From: Acidimicrobiia bacterium | Lineage (GTDB): Bacteria > Actinomycetota > Acidimicrobiia > Acidimicrobiales > Bin134 | NCBI GenBank assembly: GCA_022822265.1 | Contig: JAJECA010000061.1 | Location: forward strand, 3,711 to 67,710 | Direction of reading: 5' to 3' | Length of the DNA: 64,000 nt | Part shown: positions 44,920 to 58,519 of the stretch, one piece after another | Numbering within the stretch: position 1 is the stretch's first letter | How the letters are laid out: each line of letters opens with the position of its first letter | The notes under the pieces: generated by a model | Database searches by the model: none | Seen by the model: only the letters and a program-made list of their open reading frames with translations | Told to the model about the DNA's origin: nothing | Made by a program: the position numbers and the translations under genes

Positions 44920-47646
44920 TCAGCGCCCGCAGCACTGCTTGAACTTGCGGCCTGATCCGCATGGACAGGGGGCGTTGCGAGGGGTCTTCTCGAAATCCGA
45001 TTTCACCACCGGCACCTTCGGCCTGGGGGCCGACTCCTCCACTACCGCGGGGGCGGCCGCAGTGCTGGCCAAGGCGGCTTGGGCGCCGGCTCGGGCCAGC
45101 GACGGCTGGGTAGACGGGTCGGCCGGGCCCGACTCGGTGACGTTGCTGGTGCCGGGCTCGTCGGCGCCGGCCGGCGACTCCACATTGATCTCCACGTGCA
45201 TGATGTAGGTGACGAAATCCCGGGCCACACCGGCCATCATCTGGCCGAACATTTCGAACCCCTCCCGCTGCCACTCGGTCAGTGGGTCTTTCTGGCCGAG
45301 GGCCCGCAGGTTGATGCCCTCTTTGAGGTAGTCCATCTCATAGAGGTGCTCGCGCCAGCGCTGATCGATGATGCGCAGCATGATCTGGCGCTCCACCTCC
45401 CGCATGGCCTCGGTGCCCACCTGCTCTTCGCGCTGCTCGTAGTGGGCCACCGCCTCGCCCACCAGCAGCTCGTAGAGCTCGTCGGTGGAGGCCACATCGC
45501 CCATCCGCTCGGCGCCCAGTTGGGATGGCCACAGCACCCGGATCTCGGTTTCGAGCTGCTCCAGTTCCCAGTCGGCGGGATCCTCCGATGTGCAGTGCCC
45601 GCCGATCACCGCGTCCACCGCCTCGCCCAAGTGCTCCAGGGCTTCGGCCCGCAGATCGCCGCCCGACAGGATCTGGGCTCGGCGCTTGTAGATCACCTTG
45701 CGCTGCTCGTTGAGCACCTCGTCGTACTTGAGGACGTTCTTGCGGGCCTCGGCGTTCTTCTGCTCCACGGTGCCCTGGGCCCGCTCGATGGCCTTGGTGA
45801 CCATCTTGGCCTCGATGGGCACGTCCTCGGGCAGAGCCTTGTCCATCACCCAGTTCATGGCCCCGGTGGCGAAGATCCGCATGAGGTCGTCTTCCAGTGA
45901 CAGGTAGAAGCGGCTCTCGCCGGGGTCGCCCTGGCGGCCGGAGCGCCCTCGGAGCTGGTTGTCGATGCGGCGGCTGTCGTGGCGCTCGGTTCCCAGCACG
46001 TATAAGCCGCCCAGCTCCCGCACCTTCTCGCCCTCGGCCCCGCACTCGGCCTCGTACTTCTCCAGCAACTCAGCGGCCCGGGTCTGTCCCTGGTCGCTGG
46101 CGGGATCAAGGCCCTCTGCGGCCACGTCGCGGCGGGCCATGGCCTCGGGATTGCCCCCGAGAACGATGTCCACGCCTCTTCCGGCCATGTTGGTGGCCAC
46201 GGTGATGGCGTGCAGCCGACCGGCCTGGGCCACGATCTCGGCCTCCCGGAAGTGCTGTTTGGCGTTGAGCACCTCATGGGGGATGCCCCGCTTGTTCAAA
46301 ACATCGGCGAGCTTCTCGGAGTTCTCCACCGACACCGTGCCCACCAGCACCGGCTGGCCCCGCTCGTAGCGCTCCACCAGGTCGTCGACCAAGGCGTCGA
46401 ACTTGCCTTTCTCGCTCTTGTAGATCAGGTCGCCCTGATCGGCCCGGACCACCGGCAGGTTGGTGGGAATGGGCACCACATGCAGGCCGTAGGTGCCGAA
46501 CAGCTCGTTGGCCTCGCTCACCGCGGTGCCGGTCATTCCGGCCAGCTTGTCGTACAGCCGGAAATAGTTCTGGAGGGTGATGGTGGCCAGGGTCTGGTTC
46601 TCCTCTTTGATCTTAACCCCCTCCTTGGCCTCGACCGCCTGGTGCAGCCCCTCCGACCAGCGGCGGCCGTCCAGGATGCGTCCGGTGAACTCGTCGACGA
46701 TCTTCACCTCGCCCCGCTGGATGATGTAGTCCTTGTCCCGGTGGTACAGCTCCTTGGCCCGCAGCGCCGCCTGGAGCTGATGGACCAGATTGGCACTGAC
46801 CGAGTCGTAGAGGTTCTCCACCCCCAGGGCCCGCTCCACCGCATGGACCCCTTCCTCGGTGGGGGCCACGATGCGCTTCTCCTCGTCCACGTCGTAGTGG
46901 ACGTCGCGCCGCAGTCCCCGCACGACGCTGGCGAACTGGTAGTACGTCTTGGCCGCATCGGCCAGGCGCCCGCTGATGATGAGAGGGGTGCGGGCCTCGT
47001 CTATGAGGATGGAGTCGATCTCGTCCACGATGCAGTAGTTGTGGCCCCGCTGGACCCGGCGATCGGCTGACATCGCCATGTTGTCCCGCAGATAGTCGAA
47101 GCCCATCTCGTTGTTGGTGCCATATGTGATATCGCAGTTGTACTGCTCGCGCTTGAACTCCGAGCCCCGCTCGCCGGGAACCACCAGGCCGACCGACAGG
47201 CCCAGCCACCGGTGGATAGCCCCCATCCAGTCGGCGTCTCGGGCGGCCAGGTAGTCGTTCACCGTCACCACGTGTACGCCCTTGCCGGCCAGGCCGTTCA
47301 AATACACCGGCAGCGTGGACACTAGGGTCTTGCCCTCGCCGGTTCGCATCTCCGCAGCCCAGCCGAAGTGAAGGGCCGCGCCCCCCATCAGCTGCACGTC
47401 GTAATGGCGCTGGCCGATAACCCGCCAGGCCGCCTCCCGCACCACGGCAAACGCCTCTATGAGCAGGTCGTGAAGATCCTCGCCGTTTTCCAAGCGCTGG
47501 CGGAACTCCTCGGTGCGGCCCCGCAGCGCATCGTCGGACAGCGCTTTGGTCTCGGGCTCGAGCGCGTTGATGTCGGGCACCAGGCTCTCCAGTGCCTTTA
47601 GCTTCTTGCCCTCACCGGTGTTCAGGATCTTCTGAAACACACTCAT
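44920..47646 (-). CDS. secA: Preprotein translocase ATPase SecA
   Basis: 908 aa with SecA DEAD motor motifs. C-terminal Zn finger CPCGSGRKFKQCCG. Confidence 0.97.
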   Translation of the reverse strand: MSVFQKILNTGEGKKLKALESLVPDINALEPETKALSDDALRGRTEEFRQRLENGEDLHDLLIEAFAVVREAAWRVIGQRHYDVQLMGGAALHFGWAAEMRTGEGKTLVSTLPVYLNGLAGKGVHVVTVNDYLAARDADWMGAIHRWLGLSVGLVVPGERGSEFKREQYNCDITYGTNNEMGFDYLRDNMAMSADRRVQRGHNYCIVDEIDSILIDEARTPLIISGRLADAAKTYYQFASVVRGLRRDVHYDVDEEKRIVAPTEEGVHAVERALGVENLYDSVSANLVHQLQAALRAKELYHRDKDYIIQRGEVKIVDEFTGRILDGRRWSEGLHQAVEAKEGVKIKEENQTLATITLQNYFRLYDKLAGMTGTAVSEANELFGTYGLHVVPIPTNLPVVRADQGDLIYKSEKGKFDALVDDLVERYERGQPVLVGTVSVENSEKLADVLNKRGIPHEVLNAKQHFREAEIVAQAGRLHAITVATNMAGRGVDIVLGGNPEAMARRDVAAEGLDPASDQGQTRAAELLEKYEAECGAEGEKVRELGGLYVLGTERHDSRRIDNQLRGRSGRQGDPGESRFYLSLEDDLMRIFATGAMNWVMDKALPEDVPIEAKMVTKAIERAQGTVEQKNAEARKNVLKYDEVLNEQRKVIYKRRAQILSGGDLRAEALEHLGEAVDAVIGGHCTSEDPADWELEQLETEIRVLWPSQLGAERMGDVASTDELYELLVGEAVAHYEQREEQVGTEAMREVERQIMLRIIDQRWREHLYEMDYLKEGINLRALGQKDPLTEWQREGFEMFGQMMAGVARDFVTYIMHVEINVESPAGADEPGTSNVTESGPADPSTQPSLARAGAQAALASTAAAPAVVEESAPRPKVPVVKSDFEKTPRNAPCPCGSGRKFKQCCGR

Positions 47647-47705
47647 GCCAGGCCCACTCTACCGCTGCGCTCGCGTGCAACGGTCAGTGGAGCTTGTCGC
47701 TTGCG

Positions 47706-48038
47706 CTAGCTGGCCCGGCGCTCCCGGGAGTGGTGCTGGCGGTCGACTCGGCGGGTCTTGGTGCGGCGGAGTTGGCGCTCCAGTTTGGCGATAGCCCGGT
47801 CCAAAGCCGCAAACGGCGTGGGGCCGTTGACCCGGCTGCGGATGTGATAGCCGTGGCCCTCCAAAGTGACCTCGCAGATGTCGGGCTCGGCAATGCGGGG
47901 ATTCTTCTCCTCGCTGAACCGAACTGTGGCGTGATCGATGCCCGACAAGTAGCGACTCAGCTTGCCCACCTTCGTTCGGGTGGTCTCCCCCAGTCTCTGC
48001 GACACCTGAATCCCGCTGCTGCTGATGGTCACGTCCAT
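47706..48038 (-). CDS. hpf: Ribosome hibernation-promoting factor, short form (N-terminal RaiA/HPF domain only)
   Basis: 110 aa: MDVTISSSGIQVSQRLGE..KVGKLSRYL..EVTLEGHG..FAALDRAIAKLERQLRR. No C-terminal dimerisation domain is encoded before secA. Confidence 0.85.
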   Translation of the reverse strand: MDVTISSSGIQVSQRLGETTRTKVGKLSRYLSGIDHATVRFSEEKNPRIAEPDICEVTLEGHGYHIRSRVNGPTPFAALDRAIAKLERQLRRTKTRRVDRQHHSRERRAS

Positions 48039-48703
48039 GGCGGCTCCCTTTCGGCTGGGGTTGAGTTGTGGGTTCTCATGGTAACCACACCGGACGGCGG
48101 TCGTGCGGAAGACGGGGTGTAGGGCAACGGCGTGGCTCCGGCAACCACCGCGTCCACTCGCTCCGCACCTGCCCTGATCAGAGACTTAGCCGCAGACTGA
48201 AGGGTCGCCCCGGTGGTGATCACATCGTCCACCACCAAAACCGCCGTCGGCGGACCTCGCCGGGTAGTGAACTCCGGAGCGCGAAATCGCTGGCTGCGGT
48301 TCCGGCCGGTCTGGACCGCGGCGTCGACCCGCTTCAAAAGACCAATAACCGGCACTCCCGTCTCGCGGCCCAGAGCACGAGCCAGCAGCTCGGCTTGGTC
48401 GAAGCCCCGTTGGCGCCGCCGCTTCGGTGACGTCGGCGCCCAAGTCACCGCTTCGAAGCCCTGGCTTGGGGGCAGGGCCTTGGCCATGGCCGACGCCAGC
48501 CATCGAACGCTGGAGCGTTGATTGCGGTACTTGAGCCGGGCGAGCAGTTCCCGGCCCGCCCCGGCGTAGGCAAAGGCTGCCCAGAGCCCAGACAGCGGCT
48601 CGAGCGGAGCCATCTCGCCCACCGCCCGCATGTCCGCCACACACCGCTGACAAGGCGACGGCCCCGGCCCTTTACACACCGCGCACAACTGCGAAAACAA
48701 CAT
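48029..48703 (-). CDS. ComF-family phosphoribosyltransferase-domain protein
   Basis: N-terminal Cys pairs (CAVCKGPGPSPCQRC) and PRTase motif VLVVDDVITTGATL. Overlaps the hpf start by 10 nt. Confidence 0.8.
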   Translation of the reverse strand: MLFSQLCAVCKGPGPSPCQRCVADMRAVGEMAPLEPLSGLWAAFAYAGAGRELLARLKYRNQRSSVRWLASAMAKALPPSQGFEAVTWAPTSPKRRRQRGFDQAELLARALGRETGVPVIGLLKRVDAAVQTGRNRSQRFRAPEFTTRRGPPTAVLVVDDVITTGATLQSAAKSLIRAGAERVDAVVAGATPLPYTPSSARPPSGVVTMRTHNSTPAEREPPWT

Positions 48704-48787
48704 GGGCGGACACTAGAAGCGACCGGTGACACATTCACCCGCTCCTTTGGCCCTTCCCAGGCTCGACGTTTCCAGACCTACCAGGGG

Positions 48788-49759
<972 letters not shown>

Positions 49760-49776
49760 ATCCAGCCCCAGCGGGA

Positions 49777-51219
<1,443 letters not shown>

Positions 51220-51265
51220 GCCGGCTACCGCCTTTTGTATTGGACACTTCAGACAAACCTGGGGG

Positions 51266-52345
51266 TCACCGAACTCGGCCCGCCAGCACCTGCCGGGCGG
51301 CCATGATGGCCGGAACAGGTCCCGGGTCGAGGCCTACCGCGGCAGCCATCTCCAGCGAGGTGACCGACCCCTGGTACATCAGATCGAACAGCTGGGCCAC
51401 CGGGCCCTCCCCCTCCGCCTCCACGGTGTAGATCGAGCTGACAACCTCATCCATCAAATCCATGAGGACGTCGAATCCCCGCATCACCTCGGGATGCTCG
51501 TGCTCGTGGCGCAGCACCACCATGCTGAAAACCTGGCGGGTCAGATCTCCGTGCTGGCCCCACCCGGCGATCTCATTGTGGAGCAGGTCGGGCACACCGG
51601 CGCTGAACGCCGGGGCCTTGGCGCTGGTGTTGATCATGTTCTTCCAGTGCCGGGCGGCTACCGATCCCAGTCCGCCTCCGCCGTAGACCAGCGGCACCGT
51701 GCCGGCAAGGTGGCGGGCTAGCGCCGCGGTCGGCTCCCGGGCCGTGTCCCTGCGGATGCGAATCTGATCCACCGCGAATCTCACCCACTGGGCCGCTCCG
51801 GGGAACAGCCCCATCTGCTCGAGGATGATCATCGGGGCCACGGTAAGCACGCTCAACCCCGCCCGGGGCGGGTACAGCATGGGGTCCACCTCCACCAGCG
51901 GAGCTCCCCACTGGGTTGCCATCTGGGCCAGTTGGCCTCCGCCGGTCACCGCCACCACCCGGCCGCCCGCCTCGGCTGCCTGGGCGGCGGCTTGCACTAT
52001 CTCCGGCGTGTCGCCGCTGGCGGAAAGGGCGAACACAAGGGTCTGTTCGTCGACATAGGACGGTGGTTGGTAGCTCTTGACCACCACAATGGGCATGGGC
52101 ATGAACGGCCCCGCGGTTACGGCCAACAGGTCGCCGGCGAACCCGCCCGGGCCCATGCCCAACACCAGCACGTTGGCAATCTCCGACCGGTCGGGCAGTC
52201 CCTCCAGCTCCTGGCACCGGTCCAGCGCGTCCAGCATCTGCTCGGGCAGCCGGTTGACCGCAGGCCACATGCCCAGGGTGTCCACTCGCTCGCTCACTAG
52301 TGGCTCCGTGTCTGAGAATTCGCTCCGCCGCTCACGGTGTGCCAA
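51266..52345 (-). CDS. SIS-domain bifunctional phosphoglucose/phosphomannose isomerase-like protein
   Basis: SIS-type pattern ([24 protein letters not shown]). Its position between trm112-like and ahcY matches Mycobacterium synteny. Confidence 0.7.
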   Translation of the reverse strand: MAHRERRSEFSDTEPLVSERVDTLGMWPAVNRLPEQMLDALDRCQELEGLPDRSEIANVLVLGMGPGGFAGDLLAVTAGPFMPMPIVVVKSYQPPSYVDEQTLVFALSASGDTPEIVQAAAQAAEAGGRVVAVTGGGQLAQMATQWGAPLVEVDPMLYPPRAGLSVLTVAPMIILEQMGLFPGAAQWVRFAVDQIRIRRDTAREPTAALARHLAGTVPLVYGGGGLGSVAARHWKNMINTSAKAPAFSAGVPDLLHNEIAGWGQHGDLTRQVFSMVVLRHEHEHPEVMRGFDVLMDLMDEVVSSIYTVEAEGEGPVAQLFDLMYQGSVTSLEMAAAVGLDPGPVPAIMAARQVLAGRVR

Positions 52346-52349
52346 TCAC

Positions 52350-52604
52350 TCACGGGGTAAACGTGAAGGGAACGGACTCCGATTCTGCTCTGGCCATCAG
52401 CCGCTCATGCTCGGCCTCGTCCACGGTCTCAGCCTCGTCGATGAGCATGTTGGGGATGTCGTCTTCCACGGCATACCGACGGTGCAGGCGGGGGTTGTAC
52501 AGCGAGTCCTCGTCGGGGAAATACAGCAGCGGCCCCTTGTCGTCGGGACAGGCCAGAATCTCGAGCAGTCGTGGATCCAGCGCCATGGCCACAGTTTTAC
52601 TCAC
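52350..52604 (-). CDS. Trm112-family small protein
   Basis: LLEILACPDDKGPL ... DDIPNMLIDEA pattern. 84 aa. Confidence 0.8.
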   Translation of the reverse strand: MSKTVAMALDPRLLEILACPDDKGPLLYFPDEDSLYNPRLHRRYAVEDDIPNMLIDEAETVDEAEHERLMARAESESVPFTFTP

Positions 52605-52641
52605 CCAACGCCGCGATCCCTAGTGCTGTCCCCAACAGCTT

Positions 52642-53796
52642 CTAGGCGCCGGTGGCGGCTCGGAACGCCAGTCCTGTTCCTGCCATCTCGAATCGGCCCG
52701 CTTCGCCCGGCACCCATACTGCTTGGCCGCCGGTGATCTCGTGGCCCGCCACCTTCACGCTCCCCGATGCGCACAGCACGATCTCAGGACCATCGGGCGT
52801 GAACCGCCGCGAGCCGGCCAACTCCACTCGGGTGAGGCTGAAATCGGGAACCGGCGCCTGGAAGGTGAAACACGGGCCGGTGGGGGCCTGCACCGGCACT
52901 TCGTGGGGACGGCAGTCCACTACGTCCAACAGGGCGGGAACGTCCACGTGCTTGGCGGTGAGGCCTCCCCGAAGCACGTTGTCGCTGTTGGCCATGATCT
53001 CCACGGCCACGCCGTGCAGATACAAGTGCAGGTTGCCGGCCCCCAGAAAGAGGGCTTGTCCCGGTTCGAGGTGAACAAGGCTCAGCATCAGGGCGATCGC
53101 CACCCCGATGTCTCCAGGATGCTGCTCTCCGATGTGGACCGCCCACCGCCGCTCTTCGGAAAACGGGCCCGGCTTCGAGCAGGCCGAAACCACCTGCTGG
53201 GCGATCATCGAACCAGACTCCGGCGTGTGCTCCAGCAGCCATCGAATCACCGGAGCCACCTCGCCGGCTCGCAGAAGGCTGATTGCCGGGTCCAAAGCGG
53301 CGACGTCCAGCGAGTCGAATAGGGCCGCGGCGGAATCCGGCGGTCGAAGCCCGCACAGGGCGGTGAACGGCTCCAGCGCGCAGATCAGCTCCGGTTTGTG
53401 GTTTGGGTCTCGATACAGCCGACGCTCGGAGTCCAAACTGATGCCCTGCTTATTCTCAGAATCGAATCCCGCTTGGGCCTGGACGCGGGTGGGGTGGGTC
53501 TGGAGCGAGAGCGGCTGTTCAACGGCCAGGATTTTCAGCAGAAAGGGCAGCTCCCCGCCGAATCTCTGGGCAGTGCCCGCTCCCAGCTCGCCAATCGGGT
53601 CGTCAGCGATCGCCTGGTCGAGAGGCCGGTCTGTCCCGCTGCGCCGCAGCACCGACGGCGCTCGGGGATGGGCCCCCAGCCATAGCTCAGCCTGAGGCTC
53701 GCCGGTGGGCGGCAGGCCCATGATCCCGGGCAGAGCATCCCGCGACCCCCACGCGTAGGGCTGGATGGCCCCCATCAGAACACCCGGTGTGCTCAT
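52642..53796 (-). CDS. manA: Mannose-6-phosphate isomerase, class I
   Basis: QPYAWGS, ELWLGAHP, LSLQTHP and the later EIMANSDNVLRGGLT motifs. Confidence 0.88.
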   Translation of the reverse strand: MSTPGVLMGAIQPYAWGSRDALPGIMGLPPTGEPQAELWLGAHPRAPSVLRRSGTDRPLDQAIADDPIGELGAGTAQRFGGELPFLLKILAVEQPLSLQTHPTRVQAQAGFDSENKQGISLDSERRLYRDPNHKPELICALEPFTALCGLRPPDSAAALFDSLDVAALDPAISLLRAGEVAPVIRWLLEHTPESGSMIAQQVVSACSKPGPFSEERRWAVHIGEQHPGDIGVAIALMLSLVHLEPGQALFLGAGNLHLYLHGVAVEIMANSDNVLRGGLTAKHVDVPALLDVVDCRPHEVPVQAPTGPCFTFQAPVPDFSLTRVELAGSRRFTPDGPEIVLCASGSVKVAGHEITGGQAVWVPGEAGRFEMAGTGLAFRAATGA

Positions 53797-53864
53797 CGCA
53801 TCCAGGCCCTCAATGTCTCGCTGCCAACCCAGTGCTCACAACCTCAAGTTAGGCCAATTCCCGC

Positions 53865-54647
53865 TCAAGCCAGCCAGATCAGGTTGATCACCGCGACCAG
53901 GTTGAAGCCGACGTGGGCCCAGATTGCCGGCCCCAGTCGCTTGTAGCGCTTCACCAGCAGAGCGGCGATGATTCCGAAGGCCATCAGCGCGGGGAATTGG
54001 AGGAGTTGGAGGTGCACTGCGCCGAACAGCGCCGATGAGGCCAGCACCCCCATAACCGCTCCCCATTTCCGCTCGAAGGCCCGCAAAACCAGGCCGCGGA
54101 AGAAGAGCTCTTCGAATATGGGTGCCCCCACCACCACACCCAGCATCACCAGGGCGATGTCGCCGCCCGAGGCGGCCCGGTCGGTTATCTCGCGGGCGGC
54201 CTCGCTCACGTCGAAGTCGAAGAACTGCTGGAACGGGGCATAGATGAGCCAAACCACTGCGATCTGGGCGAACACGCCGACCAAGAGTCCGACAGGCGCA
54301 TCCGATGCCTTGAATGACAAGCCGAAGTCGCGCCGCACCCCGGTCCCTCGCAGGGTGCCGGCAACCAGCGTGGTCAGGGCGAACCCGCCCCACAGCCCGA
54401 TCTGGCCCACTGGCAAAGTCCAAAGGGGTAGCCCCGGATCGCTGCGCTCCTGGCTCAATGCATCGCTCAGCCCATACCGCCCCACATACGACCCGGTTCC
54501 GGTTTCACCTCCCAAATCCAGCCCGACTGCGGCCAGCACAACGAAGAAGACCACCACCGCGGCCACCCAGGAAACCACCACCCCGATGAACACATCGGGC
54601 AGACCCCAGCGGATCTCCCGCGCTCTTGTCCCCTCTGCTACTGCCAC
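53865..54647 (-). CDS. CPBP-family intramembrane glutamic endopeptidase (CAAX protease-like)
   Basis: Multi-TM protein with FEELFFRG and FGAVH motifs. Confidence 0.8.
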   Translation of the reverse strand: MAVAEGTRAREIRWGLPDVFIGVVVSWVAAVVVFFVVLAAVGLDLGGETGTGSYVGRYGLSDALSQERSDPGLPLWTLPVGQIGLWGGFALTTLVAGTLRGTGVRRDFGLSFKASDAPVGLLVGVFAQIAVVWLIYAPFQQFFDFDVSEAAREITDRAASGGDIALVMLGVVVGAPIFEELFFRGLVLRAFERKWGAVMGVLASSALFGAVHLQLLQFPALMAFGIIAALLVKRYKRLGPAIWAHVGFNLVAVINLIWLA

Positions 54648-54699
54648 TGGACGGCAGCGTAATGGTGACTTTGTCGCCGACCACTCGTAGAATTGCCCA

Positions 54700-56721
54700 A
54701 TGGCCTCTCCCCCTCCGCCGCCTCCTCCGCCGCCTGAGCGGCGAGATCCCGAGCGCGGGCCGGGTCAACAGCAGCCCACGCAGGGCCGGATGCCCCGCTG
54801 GGTGTGGTTCGTGGTGCTGGGGTTGCTGGCCGCCCTGCTGTTCTCCAACGTGTTCCGGGGCGACGACAAAGGCGATGAGATCTCCTTCCGGGCATTTGTC
54901 GAGTCAGCCCAGGTCAGCCAGATCGAGGAAGCGGAGTACAACAACAACACCGGCGAGATCAAGGGCACGATGGCCGACGGCGCCAAGTTCCACACCACCG
55001 GGCCGGTTCCGCTCCCCGAACAAGTGGAAGAGGAACTGAGGCGCAACATTCCGACGTTCGAATTCCACACCCCCCGCAGCAGCATCTGGGCCAGCATCCT
55101 GCCCCTGCTGATCCCGGTGGCGCTGATCTTCTTGATCTTCTGGTGGTTCCAGCGCCGGGCTCAGGGGCAGATGAGCGGGATCATGTCCATCGGCCGGTCC
55201 AAGGCCAAGACCTACACCACCGAGCGGCCCGAAACCACCTTCGAGGATGTGGCGGGCTACGAAGGGGTGAAGAAGGAAATCGTCGAAGTGGTCGACTTCC
55301 TCAAACACCCCGACAAGTTCGCCGAGATCGGGGCCCGCATTCCCAAAGGCGTGCTGCTGGTGGGCCCGCCGGGCACCGGCAAGACACTCATCGCCCGGGC
55401 GGTGGCCGGAGAGGCCGGGGTGCCGTTCCTGTCGGTCACCGGGTCGGATTTCATGGAGATGTTCGTCGGGGTCGGCGCCAGCCGGGTGCGGGACCTGTTC
55501 CAATCGGCCCGGAAGATGGGCCGGGCCATCATCTTCATCGACGAGATCGACTCCATCGGCCGCAAGCGGGGCGCTGGTCTGGGCGGAGGCCACGACGAGC
55601 GGGAGCAGACCCTCAACCAGATGCTGGCCGAGATGGACGGCTTCGAGGCGACCGAGGGCATCGTGATGATGGCGGCCACCAACCGGCCCGACATCTTGGA
55701 CCCGGCGCTGCTACGGCCCGGACGGTTCGACCGCCAGGTGGTGGTCCCCCTGCCCGAAGCCGACGACCGGCTCCAGATCCTCAACGTCCACGTCCGCTCG
55801 AAGAAGATCGCCGCCGATGTGGACCTCCCGCTGATCGCCCGGGGATCACCGGGCATGAGCGGTGCCGATCTCGCCAATCTGGTGAACGAGGCTGCGCTGT
55901 TCGCGGTGCGAAATGAATCCGACCAGATCCGCATGATCCACTTCGAAAACGCCCGTGACCGAGTGCTGATGGGCCAGCGGCGCGAATCCATGGTCATGTC
56001 GGAGGAGGAGCGGCAGATCACCGCTTATCACGAGGCCGGCCATGCGGTGTGCGCCGCGGTTCTGCCCAAGGCCGACCCGCTGCACAAGGTGACCATCATT
56101 CCCCGGGGCATGGCCCTGGGGGTGACCATGACCCTTCCCGAGGAAGACCGGCACACCCTGCGACGCGACTACTTGGACGACATGCTGGTCATGCGCATGG
56201 GCGGGCGCATCGCCGAGGAACTGGTGTTCGGCGTGTCTTCCAGCGGCGCGGCCGACGACCTGGCCGGCGCCACCGAGTTCGCCCGCCGCATGGTGCGGGA
56301 GTGGGGCATGAGCGACCGCATCGGGCCGATGGCCTGGCGGAGTGCAGGACAAGTGTTCTTGGGCGACGAGATGATGACCAACCGGGAATACAGCGACGAG
56401 ACGGCCCGGGTCATCGACGAGGAAGTAGCCGAGATCTTGCGGGCCCAGGAGAACCGATGCCGGGAGGTCTTGACCAAACACCGCAACGGCCTTGATCTGG
56501 TGGCTCGGGCCCTGCTGGAGCACGAGACCATCTCCGGCGAGGAGGTCGGCAGGCTGGTAGAGCTGGGCGACGAGGGCCCCATTGGAGATCCCCGAGACAT
56601 CATCGGAGCTGCTCTGGGATCTCGCAGCTCTGGGGGGACGCGGGGCACGGCGACAACCACTGTTGCGTCCTCAACCGACCTGGAAGAGCCCGATACCTCG
56701 GAGACGTGGCCCGCACCCTGA
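54700..56721 (+). CDS. ftsH: ATP-dependent zinc metalloprotease FtsH
   Basis: GPPGTGKT, the AAA second region of homology, and the HEAGHA zinc motif. Pro-rich N-terminal extension. Confidence 0.97.
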   Translation: MASPPPPPPPPPERRDPERGPGQQQPTQGRMPRWVWFVVLGLLAALLFSNVFRGDDKGDEISFRAFVESAQVSQIEEAEYNNNTGEIKGTMADGAKFHTTGPVPLPEQVEEELRRNIPTFEFHTPRSSIWASILPLLIPVALIFLIFWWFQRRAQGQMSGIMSIGRSKAKTYTTERPETTFEDVAGYEGVKKEIVEVVDFLKHPDKFAEIGARIPKGVLLVGPPGTGKTLIARAVAGEAGVPFLSVTGSDFMEMFVGVGASRVRDLFQSARKMGRAIIFIDEIDSIGRKRGAGLGGGHDEREQTLNQMLAEMDGFEATEGIVMMAATNRPDILDPALLRPGRFDRQVVVPLPEADDRLQILNVHVRSKKIAADVDLPLIARGSPGMSGADLANLVNEAALFAVRNESDQIRMIHFENARDRVLMGQRRESMVMSEEERQITAYHEAGHAVCAAVLPKADPLHKVTIIPRGMALGVTMTLPEEDRHTLRRDYLDDMLVMRMGGRIAEELVFGVSSSGAADDLAGATEFARRMVREWGMSDRIGPMAWRSAGQVFLGDEMMTNREYSDETARVIDEEVAEILRAQENRCREVLTKHRNGLDLVARALLEHETISGEEVGRLVELGDEGPIGDPRDIIGAALGSRSSGGTRGTATTTVASSTDLEEPDTSETWPAP

Positions 56722-57131
56722 TCGCGCTGGGGGTAATGGTCGGGGCACTGGTTGTGGCCTGGCTCTATCGTCGCTTCCGACCTTCGAACCCCACTGCACC
56801 GACATACTCGGTGCCCACCCGACTGGAGCGCTGGGATTTCGCCCAGCCCAGTGCCGAGTGGCTGTTGGCGGTGTTCACTTCAAAGACTTGCTCGACTTGC
56901 GCCGCGGTCGTGAAGGAGGCCGAGGGCTTGGCCAACGACTCGCTTGCGGTGCAAGAAGTGGAGTACCGCCGCCATGGCGAGCTACACCGCCGTTACGCGG
57001 TCGACGCCGTTCCCTTAGCGGTTTTGGCCGATCGCTCTGGGGCGGTGTGCGCCTCGTTGGCCGGCCCGGCCACCGCTGCGGAGTTGTCGGCCCTCATCGC
57101 ATCGGCTCGCCAACTGCCCGGTACCGTCTGA
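56706..57131 (+). CDS. Membrane-anchored thioredoxin-fold protein (tentative)
   Basis: N-terminal TM helix, then FTSKTCSTCAAV (CxxC). 141 aa. Overlaps the ftsH stop. Confidence 0.45.
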   Translation: MARTLIALGVMVGALVVAWLYRRFRPSNPTAPTYSVPTRLERWDFAQPSAEWLLAVFTSKTCSTCAAVVKEAEGLANDSLAVQEVEYRRHGELHRRYAVDAVPLAVLADRSGAVCASLAGPATAAELSALIASARQLPGTV

Positions 57132-57135
57132 TCTC

Positions 57136-57747
57136 GTGAACCTGTCGCGGGATTTGGCGCAGACCCGGGAGTTCTTCACCTCTCGGGCGGAAGGCTGGGA
57201 AGACCGCCACCCCGATGACGACGTTCTGTTCAGCTGGGCAGTGGACCAGCTCAGACTGTCCCCCGGCGATGCCGTTATCGACGCCGGTTGCGGATCGGGT
57301 CGGGCACTGGTTCCCTTGCGGGGCGCAGTTGGACCCCAGGGCGCGGTGCTAGGCATCGACGCCACCCCCGCCATGATTCGCGAAGCGGCTCGCCTGGGGC
57401 GCCAGTCGATATCGGTTTGCGCAGTGGGCGACGTTGGCCGACTCCCTTTGCGGGACAACTGCGTCGCCGGAATCCTGGCTGCGGGGCTTCTTCCCCACCT
57501 GCCCGATCCGGTCGGCGCGCTGCGAGAGATGGCCCGGGTGGCTCAGCCTGGTGCCCGACTGGGCGTCTTCCACCCCATCGGCCGCCTCGCTTTGGTCGCC
57601 CGCCATCAAAGTCGGGGAGCTCACGCCCACGACATGAACATCGACCCCCACCGCATCGGACCGCTGCTGGCGGAGGGAGGCTGGACCCTGGAGCACTTGG
57701 ACGACGCCGACGACCACTATCTGGCTTTGGGGATGCGCAATGGCTGA
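57136..57747 (+). CDS. Class I SAM-dependent methyltransferase
   Basis: VIDAGCGSGRALVPL motif I. 203 aa with a GTG start. Confidence 0.8.
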   Translation: MNLSRDLAQTREFFTSRAEGWEDRHPDDDVLFSWAVDQLRLSPGDAVIDAGCGSGRALVPLRGAVGPQGAVLGIDATPAMIREAARLGRQSISVCAVGDVGRLPLRDNCVAGILAAGLLPHLPDPVGALREMARVAQPGARLGVFHPIGRLALVARHQSRGAHAHDMNIDPHRIGPLLAEGGWTLEHLDDADDHYLALGMRNG

Positions 57748-58519
57748 CCAACTGGCCGCTGACGCGGTTCTATTCGAGGTCTCCGACGGGGTGGCATGGG
57801 TGACGATCAACCGCCCCGAGGCCCGCAACGCCGTCAATCAGGCAGTCACCGAAGGCCTGGCCGAAGCGTGGGATCGGGTGGAATCCGACGACGACATCGC
57901 GGTGGCCGTTCTGACCGGTGCCGGGGAAGCCGCTTTCTCGGCCGGTGCCGACCTCAAGGAGATGGCCGCCCGGGCCGAGCGGGGGCTGCCCTCCCACCTC
58001 GCCGGGAGCCGCCTGGCCGACGGCGGAGTCACCAAGCCGGTCATCGCCGCAGTCAACGGCGTGGCCTATGCCTTCGGCTTCAATCTGGTTATGCAGTGCG
58101 ATCTGTGTGTGGCCGCCGACCATGCCCGCTTCGGCATCCTCGAGGCCAAGGTGGGCCGGGGCTCGCCGTGGGCCGCCCAGTTAGGCTGGCTGATACCACC
58201 CCGAGTGGCCATGGAGCTGCTGTGTACCGCCGAGCCGATCAGCGCCCAGCGGGCCTACGAGCTCGGTTTGGTCAACCGGGTTGTACCCGCGTCCCAACTG
58301 AAGACGACAGCCGCCGAGCTTGCCGCCGCCATCGCGGCCAACGCGCCTCTCACCGTGCGCGCCGGCAAGGCCATGGTCAGGTCCACCGCCGGATTGCCTC
58401 CGGCCGAGGCGGCCGCCATCGCCGACGAGATCTACCAGCCGGTGTACGCCAGCGACGACGCCCAAGAGGGCCCCCGGGCCTTCGCCGAGAAGCGCCCTCC
58501 CCGCTGGCAGGGCCGCTAG
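57740..58519 (+). CDS. Enoyl-CoA hydratase/isomerase-family protein
   Basis: VTINRPEARNAVN and GAGEAAFSAGADLKE crotonase motifs. Confidence 0.9.
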   Translation: MADQLAADAVLFEVSDGVAWVTINRPEARNAVNQAVTEGLAEAWDRVESDDDIAVAVLTGAGEAAFSAGADLKEMAARAERGLPSHLAGSRLADGGVTKPVIAAVNGVAYAFGFNLVMQCDLCVAADHARFGILEAKVGRGSPWAAQLGWLIPPRVAMELLCTAEPISAQRAYELGLVNRVVPASQLKTTAAELAAAIAANAPLTVRAGKAMVRSTAGLPPAEAAAIADEIYQPVYASDDAQEGPRAFAEKRPPRWQGR

